From the NCBI GenBank assembly GCA_007122455.1, contig SKTU01000009.1, forward strand, positions 2,744 to 66,743: a stretch of 64,000 bases of DNA, given 5' to 3'. The translations under genes and the position numbers were made by a program. The notes below the pieces were generated by a model that did not search any database, had not been told where the DNA came from, and saw nothing but the letters and a program-made list of their open reading frames with translations. Source of the stretch: Haloarculaceae archaeon (lineage in GTDB: Archaea > Halobacteriota > Halobacteria > Halobacteriales > Haloarculaceae). Of this stretch, positions 51,274 to 59,794 are shown one piece after another. Within the stretch, counting starts at the first letter, position 1, and every line of letters starts with the position of its first letter.

Positions 51274-52395
51274 ATGACGGAGTTCTCATCGCGCGTCGAA
51301 GCGATTTCGATAAGCGGTATTCGCGAAGTGTTCGAAGCGGCCGGCGAGGACGCGATCAACCTCGGGCTCGGACAGCCCGACTTCCCGACGCCCGAACACG
51401 CCCGTCGGGCGGCGATCGAGGCAATCGAGGCCGGGGACGCCGATGCCTATACCTCGAACAAGGGAACGTCGGAGCTGCGCGAGGCGATCGTGGCGAAACA
51501 CGCGAGGGACAACGACGTCTCCGTCGATCCCGAGAACGTCGTCGCCACCGCCGGCGGAAGCGAAGCCCTCCACATCGCCCTCGAAGCGCACGTCGACGCC
51601 GGTGAGGAGGTGATCTTCCCGGATCCCGGATTCGTCTCCTACGACGCACTCACACGACTCGCTGGCGGCGAACCCAAACCGGTCCCGCTGCGGGAGGATC
51701 TGACGCTCGACCCCGCGACCGTCGAAGCGGCCATCACCGATGAGACGGCCGCCTTCGTCGTCAACAGTCCCTCGAACCCGACCGGTGCCGTCGCGAGCGA
51801 AGCGGACGTGCGGGCGTTCGCGCGCATCGCCGACGAGCACGACGTGCTCTGTCTCTCCGACGAGGTGTACGAACGGATCGTCTTCGACGGGGAGCACCAC
51901 TCGCCGCTTCGGTTCGCCGAGTCGGACAACGTCGTCGTCGTCAACGCCTGCTCGAAGAGCTACTCGATGACCGGCTGGCGGCTCGGCTGGGTGACCGGCT
52001 CTAGCGAGCGGATCGAGCGAATGCTTCGGGTCCACCAGTACGCTCAAGCGTGTGCGTCGGCACCCTCACAGTACGCCGCCGAAGCGGCGCTCACGGGACC
52101 ACAGGAGCCGGTCGAAGAGATGCGAGCGGCGTTCGAGAGGCGACGCGACGTACTGCTCGACGGGCTCGAGGAGATCGGCCTCGAAACCGCCACGCCGCAG
52201 GGAGCCTTCTACGCGATGCCGCGCGTCCCCGACGGCTGGGTCGAGGAAGTGATCGATCGCGGTGTCGTCGTCGTCCCGGGGGAGGCTTTCGGCGAGAACG
52301 GGGCCGGACACGCCCGCATCTCGTATGCCGTCGATATCGAGACGCTCAAGGACGCGCTCGAGATCATGTCGGCCGCCGCCGACGCGGTCCGGTAG
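51274..52395 (+). CDS. class I/II PLP aminotransferase (aspartate aminotransferase-like)
   Basis: LGQPDF, NSPSNPTG, SDEVY and SKSYSMTGWRLG motifs. Confidence 0.93.
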   Translation: MTEFSSRVEAISISGIREVFEAAGEDAINLGLGQPDFPTPEHARRAAIEAIEAGDADAYTSNKGTSELREAIVAKHARDNDVSVDPENVVATAGGSEALHIALEAHVDAGEEVIFPDPGFVSYDALTRLAGGEPKPVPLREDLTLDPATVEAAITDETAAFVVNSPSNPTGAVASEADVRAFARIADEHDVLCLSDEVYERIVFDGEHHSPLRFAESDNVVVVNACSKSYSMTGWRLGWVTGSSERIERMLRVHQYAQACASAPSQYAAEAALTGPQEPVEEMRAAFERRRDVLLDGLEEIGLETATPQGAFYAMPRVPDGWVEEVIDRGVVVVPGEAFGENGAGHARISYAVDIETLKDALEIMSAAADAVR

Positions 52396-52396
52396 G

Positions 52397-53524
52397 TCAG
52401 TCGAACCGATCGGCCCGTAGTTTGTCGGGGATCCGATCCGTACCGGTCGTCGCCAGTTCCGCGACGATTCGACCGCTGTAGGGGCCGAGCATCAGACCGG
52501 TCGGACCGTGACCCGTCGCCAGGTAGGCGCCATCGACGTCCGGAACGTCGCCGAGTACGGGGAGGCCGTCGGGCGTCACCGGTCTGAGCCCGACCCGGAT
52601 CTCGGAGACTGTCGCGTCGGCGAGCCCCGGCGCGACTCTGAGCAGTTCCTCGAGAACCTCCTTGACCCCCGCTGCCGTTGCCCGTGGCTCGAAGCCGACG
52701 CCCGCCTCGCGGGTCGCTCCGGCGACGATCCGGCCGTCCGGCCACGGAACGATGTAATGGTGTCGGTACCCCTTCACGATCGGCCAGTCGGCGGTCTCCG
52801 TATCGGGTAACTCCAGATGTGCGATCTGCCCGCGCTTCGGTTCGACGGGGATCTCGACATTCAGCTGGTTCCCGAACGAACTCGACCACGCACCGCCCGC
52901 GACGACAACAGTCGCGGCGTCGATCCGTTCACCGTCGGCGGTCCGCACGCCGGAGACCGCACCACCCTCCGTTCGGATCTTCGTGACGTCGCCGGTCCGC
53001 TCGGTGAGTCCGTGCTCGCGCGCCGCATCGAGTAGCGCCTCCGCGAACGCTCGCCCGTCGACGCGGGCGGCGGTGGGATCGTAGAACGCCTCCTTCGGTT
53101 CGGCGAGTGCCGGGAAACGCGACGTGGCGTCCGCCGCGGAGATCGGCTCGATCCCCTCGAGCGCATCGCTTCGGTCGTCGATCCGTTCGAGCGCGGCCCG
53201 GTGCGGTTCGAGTTCGTCCTCGTCGAGGGCGACCGACAGCTCGCCGAGTCGGGCGTAGCTCGTCTCGCCGACCCCGTCGCGTTCGAGCGACTCGACCAAC
53301 TCGGGATAGTACCCTGTCGCGTCGGTCGCGAAGGCGAACCAGTCGTCGTTGTCCGTTCGACTACTCGTCGCAGCGGCGATGATTCCCGCTCCGGCATCCG
53401 TGGCTCGTCCCTCGTCGAGACGATCGACGAGGAGCGTGTCGACGCCGTCCCGGGAGAGGTGGTAGGCGGTCGAGGCGCCGACGATCCCACCCCCGACGAC
53501 GATCGCTTCGTGTTCAGTCGACAT
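52397..53524 (-). CDS. FAD-dependent oxidoreductase (DadA/glycine oxidase family)
   Basis: VGGGIVG, GAW, GLRP and ATGHG motifs. Confidence 0.9.
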   Translation of the reverse strand: MSTEHEAIVVGGGIVGASTAYHLSRDGVDTLLVDRLDEGRATDAGAGIIAAATSSRTDNDDWFAFATDATGYYPELVESLERDGVGETSYARLGELSVALDEDELEPHRAALERIDDRSDALEGIEPISAADATSRFPALAEPKEAFYDPTAARVDGRAFAEALLDAAREHGLTERTGDVTKIRTEGGAVSGVRTADGERIDAATVVVAGGAWSSSFGNQLNVEIPVEPKRGQIAHLELPDTETADWPIVKGYRHHYIVPWPDGRIVAGATREAGVGFEPRATAAGVKEVLEELLRVAPGLADATVSEIRVGLRPVTPDGLPVLGDVPDVDGAYLATGHGPTGLMLGPYSGRIVAELATTGTDRIPDKLRADRFD

Positions 53525-53628
53525 GCGACGAGATGTCGACGGCAACCGAATAAAGCCGTCGGTGGTTTCCGTCGGAGGGATCGGGCACAGGGGAAACGCA
53601 TAACCAGCGTCGCGTTGGGTGTGGATGT

Positions 53629-54048
53629 ATGTCGGCGGAGCTTCGGCGACTATTGATCGCGGCCATCCTGTGGCTCGGCCTCTATTTCGGGGTCGCAGCC
53701 GTGCTTTTCGGCCTCTTCGTCGTCGGCGGGGCGACGGAGTCGCTCGGCGAGCTATTCGGGCTGGCGTTGGCGTTGAGCGCCGTCGTCACCGGCGTCGCAC
53801 TCGTCGCCGTGCTCGTCGATCGGATGGTGTTCTCCCGTGACCCGAGCGACTTCCTCACCCGACAGTCGCTGTGGGTGCTCGTCTTCGTCGGTACGACGAT
53901 CGTCGCCACCGGACTCTTCTTCCCGGTTCGTGCGGGCTCGCCCGGCGACGCGGTGCTTTTCGGTGTCTCGATCGCACTGCCGACGACGCTGCTGCTCTTC
54001 GCCGCGATCAATCTGGCGCGGTACCGCTCGATGGAGCACGGGTCGTAG
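53629..54048 (+). CDS. hypothetical 4-TM membrane protein
   Basis: Hydrophobic ORF filling the intergenic space; no family recognised. Confidence 0.65.
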   Translation: MSAELRRLLIAAILWLGLYFGVAAVLFGLFVVGGATESLGELFGLALALSAVVTGVALVAVLVDRMVFSRDPSDFLTRQSLWVLVFVGTTIVATGLFFPVRAGSPGDAVLFGVSIALPTTLLLFAAINLARYRSMEHGS

Positions 54049-54088
54049 TCGCCACGGCACTTTTCTCGACCGGTGCCGAATCGGATCC

Positions 54089-54982
54089 ATGTTTCAACAG
54101 CTCGGGGACCGCGACGTCTGGGCACTGTCGTATAAAACCGCCGTCGAACTCATGAGGAACGCGTTGGTCGAACACGGTGATGGGACGCTTCACGCGCCAC
54201 CGCGCTGGCGGCTCGATGCCGGTGACGGGGAGCTGGTCTTCACCGCCGGTACCGCGGCCGAAGCTGGCGTCTCCGGCGTTCGAATCTACGAGACGTTTCC
54301 GACCACGAGTGACGATCACACCGCGTTGACCGCGGTGTGGGACGCCGGTGATGGGCGGTTCCACGGATCGATAGTCGGACACGCGATCGGTATTCTCCGG
54401 ACGGGCGGGCTGGGCGGGGTCGCCGTCGATCTGCTCTCCCGCGACGACGCCGACACTGTCGCGGTCCTCGGCTCCGGTCCGCACGCGCGGGCGCAGCTGG
54501 AGGCGACCGCGGTGGTTCGGGATATCGACGCCGTCGCGGTGTACAGTCCGACGGCGACGAACAGGGAGACGTTCGCGAGGACAGTCGACGACCGTCTCTC
54601 TGCACCGGTCGTTGCCGTCGAGCGCCCCGAAACCGCAGTGGACGGCGCCGACGTCGTCCTCTGTGCGACGGACAGCACTACTGCAGTGTTCGAAACCGAC
54701 TGGCTCGCGCCCGGCGCCCACGTGACAACCCTCGGGCAGAAGCGACGCGACTCCCACGAAATCCCGGCGGATCTGTCGTCGTCGGTGGACGTCGTCGTGA
54801 CGGACTCGCTGGTTCAAATGGCGGAGATCGACGACCCGGTCGTCGAACCGACCGCCGAACTTGGGGCCGTCGTCGTCGGCGACGAGGTCGGCCGGAGCTC
54901 CGACGACGAGATCACGCTCTACTGCTCGGTCGGGTTGGCGGGGACCGAAGTCGTGCTGGCGTCGGAGCTACTGAAAAACTAG
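54089..54982 (+). CDS. ornithine cyclodeaminase/mu-crystallin family protein
   Basis: LRTG, VLGSGPHA, CATDS, PGAHV and YCSVGLA motifs. Confidence 0.88.
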   Translation: MFQQLGDRDVWALSYKTAVELMRNALVEHGDGTLHAPPRWRLDAGDGELVFTAGTAAEAGVSGVRIYETFPTTSDDHTALTAVWDAGDGRFHGSIVGHAIGILRTGGLGGVAVDLLSRDDADTVAVLGSGPHARAQLEATAVVRDIDAVAVYSPTATNRETFARTVDDRLSAPVVAVERPETAVDGADVVLCATDSTTAVFETDWLAPGAHVTTLGQKRRDSHEIPADLSSSVDVVVTDSLVQMAEIDDPVVEPTAELGAVVVGDEVGRSSDDEITLYCSVGLAGTEVVLASELLKN

Positions 54983-55019
54983 CTCCCTGATTTATGCCTG
55001 CCGAGTGCCTTGATATCAT

Positions 55020-56225
55020 ATGGCTGTTGCGCGGCACGGGGATGGGATCCGATCGACTGCAGCGGCGCTGGCGTCCCAGGTGCATCCGGTGTTCATGCTC
55101 CCGCCGCTCGCCGCCTCGCTCTTCGGCGGGATCGTCGCGGGCGTCGACTCGGTGACTGTCGCCGCGATTCACGCTGCCGCGATCTTCTTCGCCGTCTACA
55201 CCGCTCACGTGAAGGACGGCTACGTGGATTTCTACGGTCGCGGTGAGGACGACGACCACCCGATGACGCCGTACGGGTGTCGACTCGCGCTGGTCGCTGC
55301 GGGGGCCGGGTTCGCGGGCTGTCTCCTCGCGCTCTGGGCCGCCGTCGACCCGTTCGCGGCGCTTTTGACCCTGCCGACGTGGTTTCTCGGCTACTTCCAC
55401 GCTCCACAGCTCGACACGAACCCGGTGACGACGACGCTCGGCTATCCGGTAGGCATCGCCCTCTCCGTGGTGGGTGGATATTACGTCCAAGCCGTAGCGG
55501 TGAGCGCCGAACCGCTCGCCTTCGCCGCAGTCCTGTTGGTCGTGCTCGCGGGCGTGAAGATCATCGACGACGCGCAGGACTTCGCGTACGATCGCTCCAT
55601 CGGGAAGCGGTCAGCCGTCGTCGCCCTCGGCCCGAACGACGCGATCGAACTCGCCTACGGGTTACTCGTCGGCGGCGTCGTGTTGGTCCTGTGGTTCACC
55701 GTCGCCGGAATCTTCGCACCGTCGGCCGCTCTCGCAGGACTCGTCCTCGCCGCGATCGTTCTCCCGACGGTGTACGCCGACGCGACCGTGTCGACGATGC
55801 TCTTGATCCGCGGCACGTACGTCTTCTTCGCCGTCCTCACCGTCGCAGTCGTCTACCGGCCGCTTGCGGCGGTTCCCCTGCCGGATATCGGTGTACTCGG
55901 ACCGTACACCTATCTCGCGACAGAGATCGCGTTCGGGACGGCCGCGTTTTTCGTTCTCTACCGGACCGGCGCACTCAGGCGCGCTGCCAGAACGATCGTC
56001 GCCCTCTACCCGATCGCGTATCTGTGGGACTGGTACACGCTCTCGGTTGGCGTCTTCGCGATCGAACTCCGAACGGGAATCGACCTCTTCGGCATCCCGA
56101 TCGAGGAGCACCTGTTCATGATCGTCGTCCCGGCGGTGGTGCTCGCGGTACACGAACTGGTCCACCGCGGGACGCCGGTAGACTCCCTCGGCGACGTGAA
56201 GGTCGGCGACGACCGCGTGAGGTGA
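55020..56225 (+). CDS. UbiA-family prenyltransferase fused to a lycopene-cyclase (CrtYc/d-type) domain
   Basis: HVKDGYVD..EDDD and IIDDAQD..DRSIGK; C-terminal YTYL..LWDW..GVF..GIPIEEHLF. Confidence 0.78.
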   Translation: MAVARHGDGIRSTAAALASQVHPVFMLPPLAASLFGGIVAGVDSVTVAAIHAAAIFFAVYTAHVKDGYVDFYGRGEDDDHPMTPYGCRLALVAAGAGFAGCLLALWAAVDPFAALLTLPTWFLGYFHAPQLDTNPVTTTLGYPVGIALSVVGGYYVQAVAVSAEPLAFAAVLLVVLAGVKIIDDAQDFAYDRSIGKRSAVVALGPNDAIELAYGLLVGGVVLVLWFTVAGIFAPSAALAGLVLAAIVLPTVYADATVSTMLLIRGTYVFFAVLTVAVVYRPLAAVPLPDIGVLGPYTYLATEIAFGTAAFFVLYRTGALRRAARTIVALYPIAYLWDWYTLSVGVFAIELRTGIDLFGIPIEEHLFMIVVPAVVLAVHELVHRGTPVDSLGDVKVGDDRVR

Positions 56226-56226
56226 G

Positions 56227-57402
56227 TCAGTTCGCCGTGCTGACGATCTTGACCACGTCCCCCTCCTCCAAGGCGTGATCTTCGCCGATCCGCCGGCCTT
56301 CGCGGGCGTCGACCGCGTGGAGATAGCCGTCCCCGATGTCCGAGTGGACGGCGTAGGCGAGCTCCTTCGGCGTCGCACCGTCGGCCAACAGGAAGGCGTC
56401 CGGCAGGACGTTCCCCTGTCCGTCCGTCCACCGCGTCTCGTTTTGAACCGGGTACACCGTGATCCGATCCAATACCCCGTAAACCGCCTCATCGAGCGCC
56501 GCCTGAACGCCCGTCCCGCCCCACGCGTCCATCACGCCCCGGATTCGCTCGAGTCCGTCCGTCTGGGCGTCCGAGAGCTCGCCGGCGATGCTGAACGTTT
56601 CGTCGCCGGGTGCGTAGTCGACGACGCCGGCGTCGACGGCCTGTCGGAGCGCGAGCTCTCCCTCCGCGGTGGTCGGAACGACACGGTCGGCCGCCTCCCG
56701 CAACCGCTCGACGTTACCCTCCGGTGCGACGTCGGCCTTGTTCGCGACGACGACGATCGGTTTGGTCCGCCGGCGGAGCAGCCGAGCGAGCTCCTCTCGA
56801 TCCTCGTCACCCCACTCGTGGGGATCGGTGGAGTAGTTCAGCTCCCGGAGCATCGCCGCCACGTCGTACTCGCTCGCACCGATTCCGGTGAGAACGTCCG
56901 TGAGCGACTCCTCGAAGTCGAAGTTCGGCGATCGTGACCCCCGCTCGATCGACTCCCAGTTCCTGTCGATGATTCCCGCGAGCCACAGGTCCATCTCCTC
57001 CTCGATGAACTGAACGTCGTCGACTGGATCGTAGCTTCCGATCTCGACCGGTTCGCCCTCGGCGTTCGTTCCTCCCGAGGCGTCGACGACGTTGAGAATG
57101 ACGTCGGCGTTCGTCAGTGCGTCGAGGAACTGGTTCCCCAGACCGCGCCCCTCGTGGGCTCCGGGAACGAGCCCGGCGACGTCGAGGAGTTCGATCGGGA
57201 CGTACCGCTTGCCGTCCCGACAGTTCCCGCACCGCTGCTCGAGGTCGAGACACGGACACCGAGTGCGGACGTGGCTGATCCCACGGTTCGGATCGATCGT
57301 CGTGAACGGGTAGTTGCCGACGTCGACGTCCGCCCGCGTCGCGGCCTTATAAAAGGTCGACTTCCCGGCGTTCGGTTTACCGGCGAGGGCGACAGATAGC
57401 AT
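56227..57402 (-). CDS. ychF: YchF/Obg-family GTPase/ATPase with TGS domain
   Basis: GKPNAGKST, NYPFTT, DVAG and NKAD motifs; C-terminal TGS. Confidence 0.92.
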   Translation of the reverse strand: MLSVALAGKPNAGKSTFYKAATRADVDVGNYPFTTIDPNRGISHVRTRCPCLDLEQRCGNCRDGKRYVPIELLDVAGLVPGAHEGRGLGNQFLDALTNADVILNVVDASGGTNAEGEPVEIGSYDPVDDVQFIEEEMDLWLAGIIDRNWESIERGSRSPNFDFEESLTDVLTGIGASEYDVAAMLRELNYSTDPHEWGDEDREELARLLRRRTKPIVVVANKADVAPEGNVERLREAADRVVPTTAEGELALRQAVDAGVVDYAPGDETFSIAGELSDAQTDGLERIRGVMDAWGGTGVQAALDEAVYGVLDRITVYPVQNETRWTDGQGNVLPDAFLLADGATPKELAYAVHSDIGDGYLHAVDAREGRRIGEDHALEEGDVVKIVSTAN

Positions 57403-57445
57403 ACCGATTTCAGGACCAGTAGACCGAATTGCCTTTCGGTTGGTG

Positions 57446-57748
57446 TCACAGGTAGACGACGGCGAGGTTCAGCAGCGCGACGGCGAACCCGACAGCCGCC
57501 ACCATCGGGCCGAACCAGCGGGGAAATCGGCCGAATTCGGCGAGTTTCGGATACGCGATCGCGACGCCGCCGACGACGAGTAACATTGCACCGATCGCGA
57601 AGCCCACGCCCTCCTGCAGCAACATCCGTATCAGCGGATTCGCCTCTCCGCTGGCTCCGAGCGCCGCGTAGGCGAGCGCTGTCGTCGCCCCGTCGGCGAC
57701 GCCGTGACCCAGAAGGATCAACAGTCCATCGCGTTCGTGTTTGTCCAT
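57446..57748 (-). CDS. small membrane protein (DUF5658-like)
   Basis: D..TT..EANP motif; 3 TM segments. Confidence 0.7.
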   Translation of the reverse strand: MDKHERDGLLILLGHGVADGATTALAYAALGASGEANPLIRMLLQEGVGFAIGAMLLVVGGVAIAYPKLAEFGRFPRWFGPMVAAVGFAVALLNLAVVYL

Positions 57749-57866
57749 GACAACTGCCCGCCGTGCCCGTGATCGGCACAGCTACGACGCAATAGCCTCG
57801 GCACGGGCTTCTGTATGGGCAGCCTTCCGGAGAACAGGGATCCAGTACTGTCCGACTGTGGAGCGG

Positions 57867-58925
57867 TTAGGAATCTTCGGCCTCGGCGATCAACTCCGAG
57901 ACGTCCCCGTTTCGGGTCGCTCGGTCGGCAACGGCGTCCCAGTCGACGGACGCCTCCTCGATCGGCACCACGGCCGATGTCGGATCAGCGATCGGTTCCG
58001 GTTCGAACCTATCGCTATCGGCGATCGGGACGAACGCGGACACCGGATCCGTCTCGGTCGGGACGAACGCGGACGGAAGCTCGTCCCACTCGATCGACGC
58101 CTCCGTGATCGTCAGTGCGCCGCGGCTCCGGATCGAGCCGTCGACCTCGGCGCGCTCCGAGAGCGCGCAGTTCTCGCAGGCGATGTCGCCACGCACGTGG
58201 GCGTCGTCGTGAATCGTCACGTCACCCTCCCTGGTGGTCACGTCGCCGTGAACGACCGTTCCGCGTCCGATCCGAACGTCACCTCTCGCGCGCAAACTGC
58301 CGAAGATTTCGGTGTCGCCCCCGACCTCGATGTCGGTCGCCCGGAAGTTGCCGTGGAGCCGACAGCCGTCGCCGATCGTGGCGGGCATCGAAACGCGCCA
58401 GGCGTCGTCGCTGACTCTCGCACCGCGCGGGATCGTCACCGGCTCCAGTTCGTGCTCGCCGCCGAGGAACGCCTCCGCGACCTCCGAGGCCGCTTCCTCC
58501 TCGCCGAGTCGAAGTAACTGTGAGAGATAGATGAACAGGAAGACGATCGTCGGCATCGGGTTTCGGATGACGATCCAGCCGTTCGCTTCGAACCCACGTT
58601 CGATGTCGACGTCGTCGCCGATGTCGAGGTCACCGGAAACCATCAGCTGACCGGCCACGTGAACCCGCTCGCCGAGGTAAGCGTCCTCCCCGACCAGGAC
58701 GTTGCCGTCGACGTCGCACCACATGTCGAGCCGGCAGTCGCCGTCAGCCTCGATGTCGCCACCGAAGCGAACCCGCTCGCCTGCGACGACCGATCCGCCG
58801 CGGACGCCCAACTCGACGACGCTCTGGCCGCCGATCAGCACGTCGCCGTCGGTAACGAGGTCGTGCTCCTCGACGACGGTTCCGTCGGGCAGGTGGAGCG
58901 CTTCGAGGGGATCGCCACCAAACAC
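57867..58925 (-). CDS. bactofilin-like (polymer-forming, DUF583-type) protein
   Basis: Two beta-helical repeat regions (GDI.ADG, VDGNV, VHGDV, VRGDI, VDGSI) separated by a hydrophobic helix. Confidence 0.8.
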   Translation of the reverse strand: MFGGDPLEALHLPDGTVVEEHDLVTDGDVLIGGQSVVELGVRGGSVVAGERVRFGGDIEADGDCRLDMWCDVDGNVLVGEDAYLGERVHVAGQLMVSGDLDIGDDVDIERGFEANGWIVIRNPMPTIVFLFIYLSQLLRLGEEEAASEVAEAFLGGEHELEPVTIPRGARVSDDAWRVSMPATIGDGCRLHGNFRATDIEVGGDTEIFGSLRARGDVRIGRGTVVHGDVTTREGDVTIHDDAHVRGDIACENCALSERAEVDGSIRSRGALTITEASIEWDELPSAFVPTETDPVSAFVPIADSDRFEPEPIADPTSAVVPIEEASVDWDAVADRATRNGDVSELIAEAEDS

Positions 58926-58996
58926 GGCGTACCGGTCCGCCGCAGCGTTAATAAAGCCTCCTGCTGGCGTCAGACGGACGTCTGCCGAACGGAGGA

Positions 58997-59167
58997 TCAG
59001 CCGACGAGCAGCGCGATACCGAGCAGGAGCGTCCCGGCTCCGAACAGCGAGATCCCGCCGACGAAGAGAACCGTCGTTCGCTCACCGCCGCGTTGGCCCT
59101 CGAAGAGGCCGAGAGCGGTGATCACCGCGCCGAGAGCGGTGAGTGCGAGCGCGATCGGGAGCCACAT
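58997..59167 (-). CDS. small 2-TM membrane protein, 56 aa
   Basis: MWLPIALALTALG...; TGATG overlap with the USP stop codon. Confidence 0.65.
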   Translation of the reverse strand: MWLPIALALTALGAVITALGLFEGQRGGERTTVLFVGGISLFGAGTLLLGIALLVG

Positions 59168-59592
59168 CACTCCTGTGGCCGAACGACCGTCACCGGAACG
59201 GGTGCCCGTCGGACGACCGTCTCGGCGACGCTGCCGAGCAACACCCGCGCGACACCGTCGCGACCGTGGCTTCCGACCACGATGTTGTCGACGTCGTTCT
59301 CCTCGGCGTACTCGATGATCGCTCTCGCCGGTCGTCCGACGACGTCGTCCGTCGCGAGCGACACGCCACGTTCGTCGGCCCGATCCGTCGCCGCCCCGAG
59401 AACGGCCTTCGCCCGCTCGTCCGCGACTGCCATCCAGTCGTCGGCGCTGCCGGGACCCCACGCCGTCGCGCCGTCGACGGGGTCTTTCACGTACAGCGCG
59501 ACGATCTCGTCGTCGGGAAACCGCTCGAGAGCGTACTCCAGCGCAGCGTCGGCCGGCGCTGAACCGTCGATGGGAACGAGAATCCGATTCAT
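59167..59592 (-). CDS. universal stress protein
   Basis: ILVPIDGS and VVGSHGR..LLGSVAETVVRRAPVPV motifs. Confidence 0.93.
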   Translation of the reverse strand: MNRILVPIDGSAPADAALEYALERFPDDEIVALYVKDPVDGATAWGPGSADDWMAVADERAKAVLGAATDRADERGVSLATDDVVGRPARAIIEYAEENDVDNIVVGSHGRDGVARVLLGSVAETVVRRAPVPVTVVRPQE

Positions 59593-59794
59593 CGAGCGAT
59601 CACCGTCGATTCGAGTATCTTCGTCATATCTACCTCTTTCAGTTCCCAACGTAATATACACAGGGGACGAACGGTTACCCCTTCAAGCGCCCGCAGGCGG
59701 TCGTTCTCGTGCGATTGCTGACGGCCTGATTTCGAGTTCCCGCAATCCGAGCCGACGACGGCGTCTTTTTGTGCCCGCCGCCGAACTCCAAACC

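Noticed and set aside
59093-59794. 234-aa N-terminal extension of the FAD/Fe-S oxidoreductase
   Set aside because: It is antisense to the USP gene and Ser/Arg-rich; acidic sequence begins at ATG 59795.
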